In this document: piece by piece, positions 1 through 13,088 of the stretch
Layout of the letters: every line of letters begins with the position of its first letter
Numbering within the stretch: position 1 is the first letter of the stretch
Source: Lineus longissimus
Lineage: Eukaryota
NCBI RefSeq assembly: GCF_910592395.1
Contig: NC_088309.1
Coordinates: forward strand, 22,705,923-22,769,922
DNA length: 64,000 bases
Reading direction: 5' to 3'
Translations under genes and position numbers: made by a program
Notes under the pieces: model-generated
Database searches by the model: none
What the model was told of the DNA's origin: nothing
The model's input: the letters and a program-made list of their open reading frames with translations, nothing else

Positions 1-314
1 GTCAAGGTACAAACATGTATATAGCTATAAAAACAGTGGCCCTTTAGTGTGATCGCTCAGTACGACAACCTCAAAGCTTCAATCCCGAGATTTCTGTCAC
101 AACGATGAAATATCTAGTGTGGGGATAATCAGAAAAACTGTCTGGCTTTGAAGCTGTATATCTGAGAGATGGGGATTATTTGGGCACATCTAGGCTCGAA
201 ACCATTCAGAGGTTTGTCATCTTCGCGAAAACCTTAGGGGTCGCACATCTGTGTTGGTCGAATGACTTCAAAGATTTTTAAAATATTCAATTTCCTTTAT
301 TTGTAAGAGTGTAC

Positions 315-506
315 CTCTGACACAAACTGGCTTCGTTTGTCTCCAGGTTCCATCATCACAGTTGAGTTTATCTCCTTTGATGTTTCGAATGAAGCCCAGA
401 ACGCACGACATCTTGACGCTCTGACCTGAACTGATGAAGTTCAGGTTTGTGTCGATCATAGTGTGATTGTCTTCCATTCGGCTGACCCGACAGCTACCTT
501 TGTTTT
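315..506 (-). CDS. Sushi/CCP-domain protein, exon (phase 1-1). The gene continues 3' beyond the window start.
   Basis: ORF 268..522(-) encodes ...GSCRVSRMEDNHTMIDTNLNFISSGQSVKMSCVLGFIRNIKGDKLNCDDGTWRQTKPVCVR. Acceptor ttacag| and donor G|gtacac. Confidence 0.65.
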
Positions 507-3143
507 CTGTAATTGGTATCACTTTTTGGTTGAAATGCCAAGAGTTTGGTTAAAATGCATTTAAGAAGGATTTCACGAACTCAAATTAAGGAGGATGGAA
601 AGGCGTTTTCACAACTAATGAACCATGCAGAACTATGAATCACGAATACTGTTGAACTATACCAATACCGTCCACTGCTCATCAACAGATAGGTATTAAA
701 CAAGGAGGTGTATCGGAGAAGCGGTGGCATGGTTTATTAGTGTAAGTATAGTGAAAGGTCGTAAAACGACTGAAAGCGAGTGAAAGGAGGGGGAGCTGTT
801 TGGAGAAGGAGGTATCAAAGGTTATATGAAAGATCAGCAAAGAAAGAAGTTATATCTATATCATGATACTATAAGGCGGCTCGATAAAGTGCCATTTGGG
901 GGTAGGGTTTCGTCTCGGAATTTTGCACGTTTGCAGGTGATATGTTATCCTGATGCAACGTCATGTTTATTTTCGGAAATTTACTTCAGCGGAGCAGTAA
1001 TGAGGGATTTCTAATCGGACACTGTCAATTCTCCTTACCACTCACAGAAGCCAAGTCATTGCTGTTTAGTTATGCAGGGGCTTAATCAATTACCTGCACT
1101 CCCTGTGGGGTGACTAACATTACCGGTTTAACAGCTGACTGTAGGGGGATGATTGGAACAGCCTGTACCTGTTGACCGCCTGAACTAAGGTTAATGTTAT
1201 TTTCAATCCACGATTGCAGGTCACCTGATCTTCAAAATTTCGCGGAGAAAGAAATTGTAAACAAACGTATGTGTGCAGTTCAAATGTAAACAAAAATGTA
1301 TTTTTGGTACTTTTGGTTGCTGGACTTGGGTTTTCCCGCAGTAAGGAGCTGGGGTTAAATTAGTGGTCTATTGTTTATAGCCCTTGATTATGAAGGGATT
1401 TTGAAGAGGCACTCTGAACTTGGCATGGCCTTATCAAGGAGCTGCTCACGGTGCTGAACTTCGAGCTTGCCTGTCGACTAAGTGCCTTGCCCGAGATCAT
1501 GCTACATGTAGGAGGAGCACGCATTTTAAAGTTATAGTACATGTAGTGATAGTGCAATTGGTTCGAGCCATTTGGAAGCCGACATGTGAAGGCCTGTCTG
1601 GGTTCTCCTTCTTCTCCATATAAAAAGGGGCACATTGCTGACTAAGGAACGAGGCATATTGACATTGCCTCATCATCTCTATGGACCAATTGATATACTT
1701 TTTATGCACGCATACAGCACGCCACAGCGAGGTCCGAGTCTGTGGACAAATGGTTGGTTTAATTTGTCTCTTCGATATTGCTCCTTTTATATTGCATTAT
1801 AATTTCATTGCAATTCAATCTATTTAAGGTATAGCCCATTTGAACCTGCCTGCGCCACGGGTACAATGCTATTATATAATAGTGCGATTTGTTCTGTCAC
1901 TGAGGTGAGTGAAATGCGAAAGATTAGTGGAAATTAAAGGCGGTGTATAAGATGAGTAAAACCATGGAAGCACCTATTGAGAAGGAGGTCACTTGTTCGT
2001 GTGGCGTGTGGAAAAGGAAACCGTTTGTATTTGAAGTAAGTAGGCTGAAAGAAGAAAAGGTGTAAGGGCAAGGGATGACACAGTTTTTATGCAGGATGAG
2101 CAAGAAGTGGAGAATCGAAGTGTAATATGTGACAGTGAATATGATATTCACGTTTCATCTCGCAAGTCCGCGAATAGAAACCAAGGACACGGTAAGTCTA
2201 GGCCAATAAGGGTCAACAGAATATACTTTACCTGGTTCACAATGGGGAAATTTAGCAGACAACGTTCCGTCCTCTCCGCACTGGATGTCCCGGTTGCCCA
2301 ACAGCCGGAAGCCATCGTGACAGATGACGGTGATATTGTCACCATATTGAATAGTGCTTGGAGCCAGGCTGCCATTGACAAGGACCTGTCCGTCGGGAAT
2401 GACAGAAACTACCTTGCAGCGGGCTAAAATATAGCATAATAGTTGTCATCAATGGTTTTGACAGTGTTTTCGAGAACTTCAATCTTTACTTCATCCTGGC
2501 TCTGTTGCGCTGAACAGGTAGCCTACAGTATCGGCCAGTCACATGGCAAAAGCATTCACTTTTCTTTTCATTGATGTATTGTTTCACGACTTTATATTAT
2601 GCGATTCCTTCACGTGGTGACCCATAAAATAGCCAAAATGCTAGTCATGTTTGCCTCGCAGCATCTCCTTGCAAACATGCTATTGATTTGTAAACATACC
2701 TATGAGACATTTCGAGACTTTCGGTAACCAGTCGCCGCTGACACCACATTTGATCACGTTTGTTGTCGTATCTACCAAATAACCTTTGTTGCAGACGATC
2801 TTTACAGTATCGAGAGACGCCAGTTTGAGTCCGGGGCGAAGGAGGGAGGATCGGCCATTTTCGATTGTTGGAATTGTGCAGAACGCTGAAGCGGCATTAG
2901 CTTATTAATATTGTCATGCAAAACGAAATCATTGTCATGAGGGAATGTTTGATTTCTCCTTATATATAAAAGAATCGTATAATAGCACTGCATGGAAGCT
3001 GCAAGAGAGAAGATTGAATCGTGAATGAATAAAAAATTTTCGTTCAAGTATTGTATACTGCAAGCGGCCAACAAAACAACATACATGTAGTTCGCAATTT
3101 CATCCAGTTAACTTGGAAAACAAGTTCGAGTTATTCTCCCTAC

Positions 3144-3338
3144 CTGTCCCGTTGAGGCACTTGGGGAAATCCTCATCGAATTCCTGTTTTTCACCGCATG
3201 TCAATCTATCGGCGCCAATGAGATGGAAGCCCTCGTCACAACTGGCGGCGAGTGTGACATTGAAATTAACTTCAGACGGCGCGACGGTATTACCCATCTT
3301 TATGGTGCCGTTTGGTAACGTCTGGACGGTGCAGCGAA
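3144..3338 (-). CDS. Sushi/CCP-domain protein, exon (phase 1-1). Encodes RCTVQTLPNGTIKMGNTVAPSEVNFNVTLAASCDEGFHLIGADRLTCGEKQEFDEDFPKCLNGT.
   Basis: CCP consensus. Acceptor tatttcag| and donor G|gtaggg. Confidence 0.7.
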
Positions 3339-4056
3339 CTGAAATACAGATCGTCAGAAATTGACAGAAAATTATAGAATGAAGTTATGATTTAGTCAAG
3401 ATAATACTTATAGGCATATTAGAAAAGAACCAACCGCAAACTCTCTTTTTAGATATACGCTCACCCAATTAAGACGCTTGGGCAAAACAGACTGCTTGTC
3501 TCTATCATATTCACATGGTGTACCAAAAATATATACAAGGCTCATCCAATAAAATAGGTCTTTATCAGTGTTAACACCGCTCCTATAGAAAGTCGCGTGC
3601 AAGGCGAATCAAATGCATGTGCAATATGCTATAAATTCCTCGGAGTGCCGTATCCCTCTGGGGGTGCGCTTATTCGTATATGTACATGTATGCGTATTAT
3701 TACGTGACTAACAATATGATAATCCGGCTTCGCATCCAAGAAAGCTCTGGATGGACTTCGGATTGTAGGTTAATGATGAGGAAGTAATACAATCTGGGGC
3801 AGAACCTTTCGTCTCTCGGGTATGGCTCATGCTGGACTTCCTCATCCACGAGATCTGTGTCACCAGATAACGTTATGAACAGGACGCGACGCGCAGCGCA
3901 TTGAACAAACAATAACGATGATATATATTCTCAGAAATAAAGTTTACTCATTGGCCTTGATACATAATACATCTTCGATAGAAGGGAGAATCATGCCTAC
4001 CTATAACAAGAAACGAACTGCATAAACCATTAGAAGGGCAAGATTTGACGACCTAC

Positions 4057-4335
4057 CCTTTTCACAAAACGGTATGGCAGACAAAGTTACGTTTTCGTAA
4101 CACCTTACAATCGGTGATCCGATGAGTTTGTAACCTGGGCTACAACGGACCGTCATATTGAGTCCACGGTGAAGTTTAGGAGGTCCGGTTGGAGCGGTAC
4201 CACCGTAGTCGGTTTGACCACCATCGCCACCATAGTCACCATAGTCGGACCCGCCGGCGCTGTCGGTCATTGCGGGACTGCTAGTAGTAGGGATTTCGTA
4301 GCCGCCATTCTCAATCTCGGGGAGGAAACATGGCG
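4057..4335 (-). CDS. Sushi/CCP-domain protein, exon with an N-terminal G/D/Y-rich stretch. Encodes PCFLPEIENGGYEIPTTSSPAMTDSAGGSDYGDYGGDGGQTDYGGTAPTGPPKLHRGLNMTVRCSPGYKLIGSPIVRCYENVTLSAIPFCEK.
   Basis: ORF 4001..4270(-) extended upstream to the acceptor ttttcag|. Donor G|gtaggt. CCP Cys pattern. Confidence 0.65.
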
Positions 4336-4600
4336 CTGAAAAGTGGGCATCAGATTACTAAAAGTGTGATGATTATAAGATCCCCCAGGTGACAAATGAG
4401 GGAACTCGAGGTGCCAGTACCTGTTCGAATTACTATACCCCGGTAATTTATTTCTGTTAACAAATAGATATATCGCGTTGATAACCGCATTCAAGTGACT
4501 TCAACTTCAAGACAGGACTATAAGACTTAGCTGTGGTAGAACAGGCGACAAAATGAATATACTGTACGATCATAATCGAACTTACAGGCCTCTTTAGCTA

Positions 4601-4640
4601 TAAATCATCATCATTATCATCATCATCATTCAGGTTTATG
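4601..4640. repeat. (ATC/ATT)n microsatellite.
   Basis: aatcatcatcattatcatcatcatcatt. Confidence 0.7.
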
Positions 4641-4779
4641 ACTCTTTTCCGGTCTTTCACGAATAAGTCGTCATTGCACAATCAGTGAACAACAGAGTAT
4701 TACGTATCACTATAAGAACCGACGGACGACGAAATCTACCCCCACACCGATTTGTCATCGCAGAGATCCTCAAACTTAC

Positions 4780-5007
4780 AGAATGGATCAATGGTCTTTT
4801 GCTTGCATACAGGGGATGGATGGTTCCAGGTGCCATTTTCCAAACATGTCAGGAGCTCTTCTCCCTCTCTGTCCATCAATATGTCACAGCCAATGGTGAT
4901 GGTCTTATTAACATCGACTGGTGTCCCCTGGGTGATGTCGTCATGAAGAAGCTTGATCCGGCCATTGATTATCTGTGGGACGTAGCACTTGCTGACTGTC
5001 CCAACAC
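4780..5007 (-). CDS. Sushi/CCP-domain protein, exon (phase 1-1). Encodes GVGTVSKCYVPQIINGRIKLLHDDITQGTPVDVNKTITIGCDILMDREGEELLTCLENGTWNHPSPVCKQKTIDPF.
   Basis: CCP consensus in ORF 4736..5026(-). Acceptor ttttttcaag| and perfect donor T|gtaagt. An alternative acceptor 12 nt downstream is possible. Confidence 0.6.
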
Positions 5008-5270
5008 CTTGAAAAAAAGAGGACATTTATCACACTGGGTCATCTCTTTCTCCATACTCGTTCTTCTCTTTTAACAGATCTAACGTAGCTAACATTCATT
5101 CTATGCCACCTGGACCCCTACATCCGCCATGCCACCTCCTTCTCCATACCTGTTACCCTCCTTTTACTTTATACAAATCTGACATGCAAACCGTGTCGCC
5201 CCTATGTCCTCCTATGTTTACCAATCATGCAAGTAATCCTTGAACTTGCACGTCATGTAAACGCACTAAC

Positions 5271-5591
5271 CTGAGTCTGCTAGACAGAACGGGACATTAG
5301 AAAGCCTTCCGTCAAGCTCACAGTTAACATGCTTTGAGCCAACAATCTCATAACCTCTGTCAGTGTCACACTTGACTTCGATGGAACCGCCGAGCGCCAG
5401 TTCCCGTATGTCAGACGCCTGACTTTTTGACTGGGTTTGGGTTGTGGGGAGACTGTCCCCCGAATCACCGTAATCGCCACCACCGTAATCGCCACCACCG
5501 TAATCGCCACCACCGTAATCGCCACCGTAATCGCCACCAGTCTCGGCAATGTAATAGGCGCCATTGGGAATGATAGGCAATTTGCATGCGG
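5271..5591 (-). CDS. Sushi/CCP-domain protein, exon with an embedded (GGDY)n low-complexity insert. Encodes ACKLPIIPNGAYYIAETGGDYGGDYGGGDYGGGDYGGGDYGDSGDS...IEVKCDTDRGYEIVGSKHVNCELDGRLSNVPFC.
   Basis: The ORF 5266..5580(-) frame has a four-Cys CCP pattern with a 15-nt repeat (caccgtaatcgccac x5) encoding GGDY units between Cys1 and Cys2. Acceptor tttcag| and donor G|gttagt. Confidence 0.65.
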
Positions 5592-6485
5592 CTGAAAGCA
5601 GAAAGTTCGTGTAAGCATGCAGACGAGTTTGTCTTCACAGCCAAAGCTAAAGTCATTTCCATAGGAAACTAGAAGCAAGTTTGTTGCCACGTTTTCACTT
5701 TAATAATTGAAAACTCTTGTTCCCTGAAAGTACAATTCGAGAAATTGATGCAATGCCAAGTCACCCACAAACAATGATGACGCTGCAAAGACTTGGTTAG
5801 TTATGAATAATCGCGAGGATTAGCAGAATTTCGACTCCCACTCCGACTAAAACTCCGAGAGCGAATAGTAGCCACCTATGGATACTCGTGAATTAAATTA
5901 TTTGATGGACGCTAGCCACTGATGACACACTGTCATAATGCGAGGAAGGATTTGGCGTCTATATCGAATGCGCGCATAAACCGCAAATACATGTATCAAA
6001 GTCGCATTCCTATTCGTGGTGATTTCTTACGAATAGGAATACGACTCCAATATTCACGATTTAAGAGCAAAATAGATTAAAGGCGCTGATTCTTTTTCCC
6101 ACGTGTGATGGTTTTCCAGGAGTGGAAAACATCCATCAAATCATTTAGTAAATCGCTGTTGTCCATTAGTAGCTCTTATTCGCTCTCGGATTTTCAGACG
6201 GAGTGGAAGTCGGAATGGTGCTAATCCTCGCTATCCGCGTGTGAGCTGCATGTGTTGCACTGAGTTGCAATGAATGCCGGTCAATTAAATTAACGTGTGA
6301 CTGGAATCAAGAACTTCGCACACTTCGTGATTTAACGTTCTGATATGATTTCCACCGGAATTGCATATCTCCATAACAACAAAGTTAAATGCCTGTGGAA
6401 ATCCTTTGTCCAAAAAAAGGAAATTCGCGACGGAAAATCCTAAGTGTGCGAGGACCTTTTAAAACATTGTCTTCTGTCAACTTAC

Positions 6486-6710
6486 TTGGTGGTGCAACCG
6501 TGAGAAAACTACTCCTACATTCAGGGATGGCGTGACTCCATGATTCATTGTTGAGACAACGGAGAAACTTGTCACCCTCTCGCTTATAGCCAGGACTACA
6601 CACCACGGATATTTCCTTCCCAGGGGATAACTCATCGCCTGCGTTGACAGTGCTGTGGAGGTACTTAATCCTACTATGGGGGATGTCAGGAACCTTGCAC
6701 TTTTGGTTAC
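6486..6710 (-). CDS. Sushi/CCP-domain protein, exon (phase 1-1). Encodes NQKCKVPDIPHSRIKY...VVCSPGYKREGDKFLRCLNNESWSHAIPEC.
   Basis: CCP consensus. Acceptor tttccag| and perfect donor A|gtaagt. Confidence 0.7.
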
Positions 6711-7139
6711 CTGGAAATTAGACGTATAGGCTGCCTCAGAGGGGATGTAGTACGTCCAACTTCCCAGAGCACGCCTTAAACCTTTCCGTTAAATGTTTAT
6801 AGACAGAAGTCGACATGCTGTCTCCAGTATTTTCTTCCGCTTTCATCACAGAAGAGAAAACTGGAAGCAGCGTGCCGATATATGTTTAGCAGATACTACG
6901 GCCGGAGCTTTTATTGTATCGATACACCAATCACCTCAGCTTGGACCTTATTTTCGTCCTATGTTGCGATCAAAATGTTCGACTAACCAGGGCTAACGTA
7001 ATGTGGCCTAAAAACGTGATTGGATGTTTTTTGCTTCAAATCACCTAAATGTCTCACTAAGAATATGCTACTATCCTTCACGTCTGTTATGTAAGGCACG
7101 TACAGCTGTCTATAGAGTAGGCCTAAACGTGTAGATGAG

Positions 7140-7178
7140 AAAGACGACGACGACGACGACGTTGATGATGATGAAGTG
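7140..7178. repeat. (GAC)n-(GAT)n microsatellite in an intron of the sushi-domain gene.
   Basis: gacgacgacgacgacgacgttgatgatgatgaag. Confidence 0.8.
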
Positions 7179-7213
7179 GGGGTGAAATAGAGTTGGTTCT
7201 TGTCTTCCCTTAC

Positions 7214-7420
7214 CTATCATAACATCAGCAGCGACACAAAACGGTATTCTACCCTTCCACTTTCCATCGACCTGACACATGAGGACGACATCCCCATCCA
7301 AGCTGAATCCAGTGTTGCAGGAGACATCCACAAATGTCGCAGATGAGATAGGCTTGCCTGAATGCAAGACAGTTTCGTCTCTTGTGACTTTACCGTTTGC
7401 TATCAGTGGTGTTGAGCAGT
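7214..7420 (-). CDS. Sushi/CCP-domain protein, exon (phase 1-1). Encodes DCSTPLIANGKV...VSCNTGFSLDGDVVLMCQVDGKWKGRIPFC.
   Basis: CCP consensus C..C..W..C. Acceptor cccctaaag| and donor G|gtaagg. Phase 1 is consistent with the flanking exons. Confidence 0.7.
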
Positions 7421-8483
7421 CTTTAGGGGAGGCTGTTGTGAGGCTATCACCTAGATGGTCAAGTAAATGAGGCCATTGAGGAACTTTATTACCGGTAGGC
7501 GGCCCAATACACCATACATTTCAAGCCAATGTCAAAACCAGACAGGTTTATTTACATCGAAGATTTTATAAGCTATGTTGTGTGTTGCAATCATTTCGGA
7601 TCACCCTGTATGTCGTACTTCCATGCATTACGGTTTTCGAGGAAGGAATAGCGAGGGAGAGGTGGGTAAAAAGGCTTTGAAGAATGTTCATATGCATCCA
7701 TATAGCATGCAGGCACATTATCGGATATATATACATGTATATAAAAAATATATATGTCGTGGTTTAGGGTTAGTAATTGGCATTTTCATAGAACCGACGT
7801 ATGATGATAAATTGCATGCAGTTTGATCATCTCTTGCTCCACCAACTCCCTCCAAAGTAACTATTGCCATTCGTCACCATTTAAAGGAATGGACTCTCTT
7901 TGTCTCAGCGAACTTGTCTGCCTCTTAGTCCACCATAATGGTCGCCATATCCTTTTTAGAGTGTTTAGAATTATAATAATGCTGACTATGGATATGTTGT
8001 ATTTATTAAGCACCTTGATTATTGTGGTTCTTGCGATTATTGCGATTATTTATTAGGAGGTGAGGTCTCAGCAATGACTTTGCCCAGTATTGCGTTTTTG
8101 GAGTCTCGTTTACCGGTACAGCGATGAGTTTTGAGTTCTAATGTTCTACGATGATAAATGAAAGGATGCAGCAATTAACATTCTACGGGACTGGACGAAT
8201 GTATCAGTTCATAGTCGATTATTCCGTACCGATCCAAGGTCCGTATAAAATCGCGGAATTCATTATTTATGTCTTATAGTAATTCTGTATGATGTCCTCG
8301 TAACCTCTTTCATACTTTAATTGATCTCGGTTTAGATTTTATCATCATATATCATATTAATCACACACTTAATAGTAATATCATTGCTATCCAACATGTC
8401 TGAGAATAAGAGGAACGTCTTGGATGACCCTGCATGATCTTGTAAAGCCTTCGGACGATCATTCATTTCAAGTTATTTCATAC

Positions 8484-8711
8484 CTTTTAGTGAGCAAGAT
8501 GAGAGAGGCGGATTCCAGCTACCGGTGTCCTGACAAATGCTGTCTCCGTCTCCACCACCGGACAGCTCGAAACCATAATCACACAAGATAGTTATAACCT
8601 CTCCTGGGTTCGACTTATCGGGGTCCGAGGCAAGGTAGTCCTCATAGTCGTAGTCTGGGCCATAGACTAACTGTCCATTAAGAACAGTTTTCGGTAGATT
8701 GCATGGCTGTC
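8484..8711 (-). CDS. Sushi/CCP-domain protein, exon (phase 1-1). Encodes ...CNLPKTVLNGQLVYGPDYDYEDYLASDPDKSNPGEVITILCDYGFELSGGGDGDSICQDTGSWNPPLSSC.
   Basis: Four-Cys plus Trp CCP pattern in the six-frame ORF 8473..8793(-). Acceptor ...attgcag| and donor |gtatga read from the sequence. The phase joins in frame to the next exon. Confidence 0.7.
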
Positions 8712-11700
8712 CTGCAATGGCAAAGAGTTGGCGGTGACAGAAGCAAGCCAGGCTCGCGTGTCTCTTTGGGGAAAATGCGTACACCCAAAGCAAGGCTTAA
8801 TTAGATCTATAATGCAAGGTCTTACTAATAACCCCGGCCGGAGATTCTGCACAATAGCGAATTCAGTGAAGACGTCCAAGAGCGTTCTTCACCCACGCCC
8901 TCCCCAAGCCGCGACCATAACGGAATGCTGCTGCTTTGATTAAATATCGCTCATATGTGCACCGTTTCGCTCACCTTGAGTTAAACACAGGGCCGTTCAA
9001 CTTATAGGAAGGCATAATTATAGGTATGCAGGCCATGCAGGGTACTAAAAGTTGTCTCTCCTATCTGATCTATTCAAGCTAGTACCAGGAAATATTTATC
9101 ACTGAATCAAAAACGAATTCGACCCCTAACTGTGCATATCACTCACTCCTGCCTATTCTCCTGAAATATATAACATCGGAGAAAAACAAGGAAGCAAATT
9201 AGGGCATAATGAGTCATATGGGCGAAGATATGCATCCAGTTTCCGCCCCTCCTTTCTATCAGCGTTAATCGGCAGAAAAGGCGGCCAATTATTACCAAGC
9301 ATGCAGAATAATTATGAAATATGATATTACAATAATACCACTTGACATGATAATTGAAGGACCGTATACTACTCAAATAGTGTATTCAAGGATACTTGGT
9401 AATACAAATTCAATGACGTACACAATATTATCTACATTCCCGCGCAACCAGTGTGATCAATGCCACACCCACGCATGACTATAGGTGGGTGCTGGAGCGT
9501 CAAATCGAAGGTCTTTATGTGCGTGGTTATGCACAGTTAAGGGTTCTTAGTTGTGTTAGATTCAGTGATACTTATATTCCTCATACAAGCGAGAATAGTT
9601 TCGATGTATTGTAAAGAGCGGAGAAGACACCTATCGGCGACGTCGTGTAACTTAATCTGACCTAACCGGCTCCTGCATGTCTCCCTTTAAGAAAGGCACT
9701 TGCATTCTCAATTCAAGATAAATTTCTGCTATCTTATAGCTTATATGACTACATCACTAAGTGTCATCCTCATGATGTCTGTTTTTCGTCGAAATTTCAT
9801 TTCAGGCCACGAAATGCACAAAACACACTTCATGTCTGCGCGACACATGTAAATAGTGAAAAAAGTGTCATCAGAATATTTAGGCTAATATCCGTTATTT
9901 AGTAATTCATTGATTATACAGAATTATCAAAAATACATCTCCTACAAATGTACTAGCCTACACAAGCAAACATTCGGTGACGAAAATCATACATTACCAG
10001 AGAACAATACAATCATAGTAGACCTAAATGTATGCATGTGGCATAGGCATGCATCAAGCATCTTGACCACCAAGGATTTTGCATCAACATGTAATCATTA
10101 TTCAAGATATAAATTGTACATGTATATTCTAGAATTAAAGGGAGTATGAGACCATGAGAGTCAGGATAAGACGAGCATGAAACTGTAAATGACGATTAAA
10201 GAATGTGGAAGCAGTATTGCAGCACCTTTTCCATCCTGAACCTCATGGTCTCACGCTCCCTTTAAAAATAAGGGTGTATCTCTTGACAGTATGCAAAAAC
10301 CTTGGTGTTCAAGGCGCATTGTTCCAAATTCTCACAAAATTAATTGGCTTCTACAATCGTAATCATAGTGCCTGTTTCTTGCTTTTTGTCTCAAACAACA
10401 CCCCTCAAAGATTTCAACTGATTTAGCACTTTGATTAGGCCCTAAATCCCCTATAAGATGTGCGAGTGCCAATATCGCGCCCTGCACGGCATATAAATCA
10501 TAACATAGAGGATTTCGCACTAGAGGCAGTATGCCCCATATTTCCTTTTGTTGAAGTTCAAAGAAAATTAGCAATTTTAACGTTCGCCTTAATTTTATCA
10601 TTGAAGCAGTGAAGTGAAGTGATAAAAAATGATTACATTGTTCCAAGAAAACTTCGGCTGGCCTTCCAAACAAAGTCAGTTTTGGCCTTCCTTTGCCTTT
10701 CGGATTATGTCACTCTGACTCCCTGATGGAACCGCCTGGGGATATGTGATTATACTCCATTTGGGATGAAATGCAAGCCTTTTTAAAAAGTTTGACTAGC
10801 CATTGGAAGTCAAGCCGAATAATGCTGAAGATACTTTAATTTCAAGTTGCGCATTGCGCCATCTTGCAGATTGTTTGTCTAAAAAAACCCAGCAATTTTA
10901 GGACATAAGGATCAAATAATGGGTCATTTAATGATTTTAAAATCAAGTCATACTTGATTCTAGCCTTTTGCGGCAATGGCTCGGGTAATGACATGCAGGA
11001 GATGTTGGTTGTAGCAACCTTTTGGGACACATGCTGCGGTGGACGAGCAAATCATAATGATCCTACCTAAGACAATTGGAACAAAAAGTAATAGAATTCT
11101 GATTAAAGAAAGGACACGCTGGCAATATCCGCTGCTAACCATCTTGATCTTCACACGCATGTACCAAGCCGAATACCAAAAGTGAATCAGTTTTGATCAA
11201 TTGCCCGGTATCTTGCTTCCGTATTCCGCAATTTTAGGCCTTTTGCGCGATATATATAACGGACGTCGCCCAATATTCTCGTCATCAACAATGACCTAGT
11301 GAAATAATGGCCTATTGTTACTGCACAAGAGATCATCATGCGCAGGAGGTCATGCCTCAACCAATCAAACATGCGCTCTTCAAGTAGGCCGTTGAATAAT
11401 ATACTCCGGAAGTCACATTCTGTTCACATCATGCTGAGAATTGATAAAATGAACTATTCTGACAAAAGCGATCATATTCGGACAAAGCCGAAAAAAGATA
11501 CACAGATATTTCAAGAACATCCTGATTATTAATGGACGACTGCACATTCTAAGCAGAGACCAGATATGAAACAAATTTAAAAACCATTCGCGAACGGACA
11601 AAGTCACAATCTTCTTTTTCTACGCTTTCACATTGTTCGTTTTTGGGACTAGGAAAGTTGCTGTGTAACGTAGCTCTGTCCTGATTCTGTTCCTCCTAGC

Positions 11701-12744
11701 TTTCCTTGGAAAGATAAGGACTCGTCAGGTTTCCCCTCAGTTGGCAATCTGGGGACAGTCTTCCAGGATGTGTTCTGGCTCTTGGTCAGAGCATGTTGTT
11801 ATTGAAGAATGTCTGAATGAACAGACTTTGGTTTAATTTGAGCTTGTTTTGGGAAAAAGAACAATCAGCCTATGTGTTATAACGCTCGAGTGCGTTTTGT
11901 TGAGGTGACTGTGTCCAGTTCTCAGTCAGAAGACGGCAACTCGTCGTTGTTATCTCTACCGTTTGTGATGTTATTTTCCTTGGAGCTGTTGTCACCTTTT
12001 ATATTGCTACTATACCAACTAGGTGTGGAATGACAAGAGACAAGATACAGGTCAAAAACGTCCCAAAGGATAGTGTCACAATCTGACCTAGCCGAGACAA
12101 GATACAAATAATAAAAAGTCTCCAAGGACAATCTCACATGAATTGACCAAGCTGCGAAAAGATACAGATCGAAAACGTCCTTACGGACAGTGCTACATTC
12201 TGACCAAGCACAGACTAGATATATATGAAAAATGTCAAAAAGGACAATTAATCTCATTTCTCGATGGAGTTGATATAAAAAAACACTCCAACAGACATGT
12301 CACATTCTGACCAAATTGAAAGAAGATACTCATCAAAAACAATTAGGACAATGTTGTATGAAGACACCACCATCAAGACATCCTCAACCTCTCCTATAGG
12401 CAGGGACCAAATCACATAGGTCCAATAGAGATGTCTTCGAATAATTTCTAGTTCTCCATTCTTTCAGCATCCTGAAGCTCAGGCAAACACTCGGCACCAT
12501 CGACCGAGCTTATGACCTGAATAAACCTAGCTTCAATTAGGATTGCCGTTTTGTTATATGGGGAAAGCAAAGTGTAGAACATGGCTATATGGGACAAAAT
12601 CTGAATTCTTTTCTCGGATCAATATTTTTGATTTTACATCCTGGACAATCCTCATCCTTTTCCCAAAAAAGATGATGGCTATGGACTCGTGATCTCCATC
12701 ATTCATAAAAGTACATTTTGGCTGTATACAGTGGAACCACTCTA

Positions 12745-12895
12745 TTTGGGACACCCTCGAGACTGACAAGTGCTGACCTTAATAGAGGTGTTTTGATTAG
12801 AGGTCTAATTGAATGGAAACAACCACTTTGGGACCAAAACTAGTGTCCTTAATAGAGAGATGCCCCGCTAAGGGAGGTTTCACTGCATATTCAAA
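12745..12895. repeat. Dispersed ~150-bp repeat (SINE/MITE-like family), copy A.
   Basis: Shares gactgacaagtgctg.ccttaatagaggtg...ttagaggtc.aattgaatggaaacaa...tttgggaccaaaac...gctaagggaggtt.cactg with copies at 33165 and 52608. Confidence 0.65.
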
Positions 12896-13023
12896 CGTGT
12901 TTATCTGGAAATGCAAACATTTCCAGTCATTCAGTTTTATCTGACCTAACAGGCCAATTGAATGAAAGAACAAACTTGTTGAGTCTTTATCATTTTCTTA
13001 TTTGTATTGATATTATTTACAGC

Positions 13024-13088
13024 TTAGTCGAAAAGACCGAAGCCCATGTCGTCATCTGACTCCTCTTCGGATTCTTCCTTCTTGGCTT
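13024..13088 (-). CDS. RPLP2: RPLP2 last coding exon (EAKKEESEEESDDDMGFGLFD, then stop).
   Basis: The canonical P-protein C-terminal SDDDMGFGLFD motif is read directly. Acceptor ctctttccag|. Confidence 0.9.

Noticed and set aside
1541-1580. tRNA-like T-arm motif GGTTCGAGCC
   Set aside because: No acceptor-stem complementarity, and the flanking sequence does not fold into a cloverleaf with D-arm and anticodon-arm spacing.
4685-5690. ORFs 4685..5074(+), 4752..4946(+), 5280..5690(-), 5465..5662(-) overlapping the sushi exons
   Set aside because: They are in the wrong frame or strand relative to exons with a clear CCP cysteine pattern and clean splice sites. The 5280/5465 ORFs are driven by the 15-nt GGDY repeat read in other frames (VAITV..., RLRW...).
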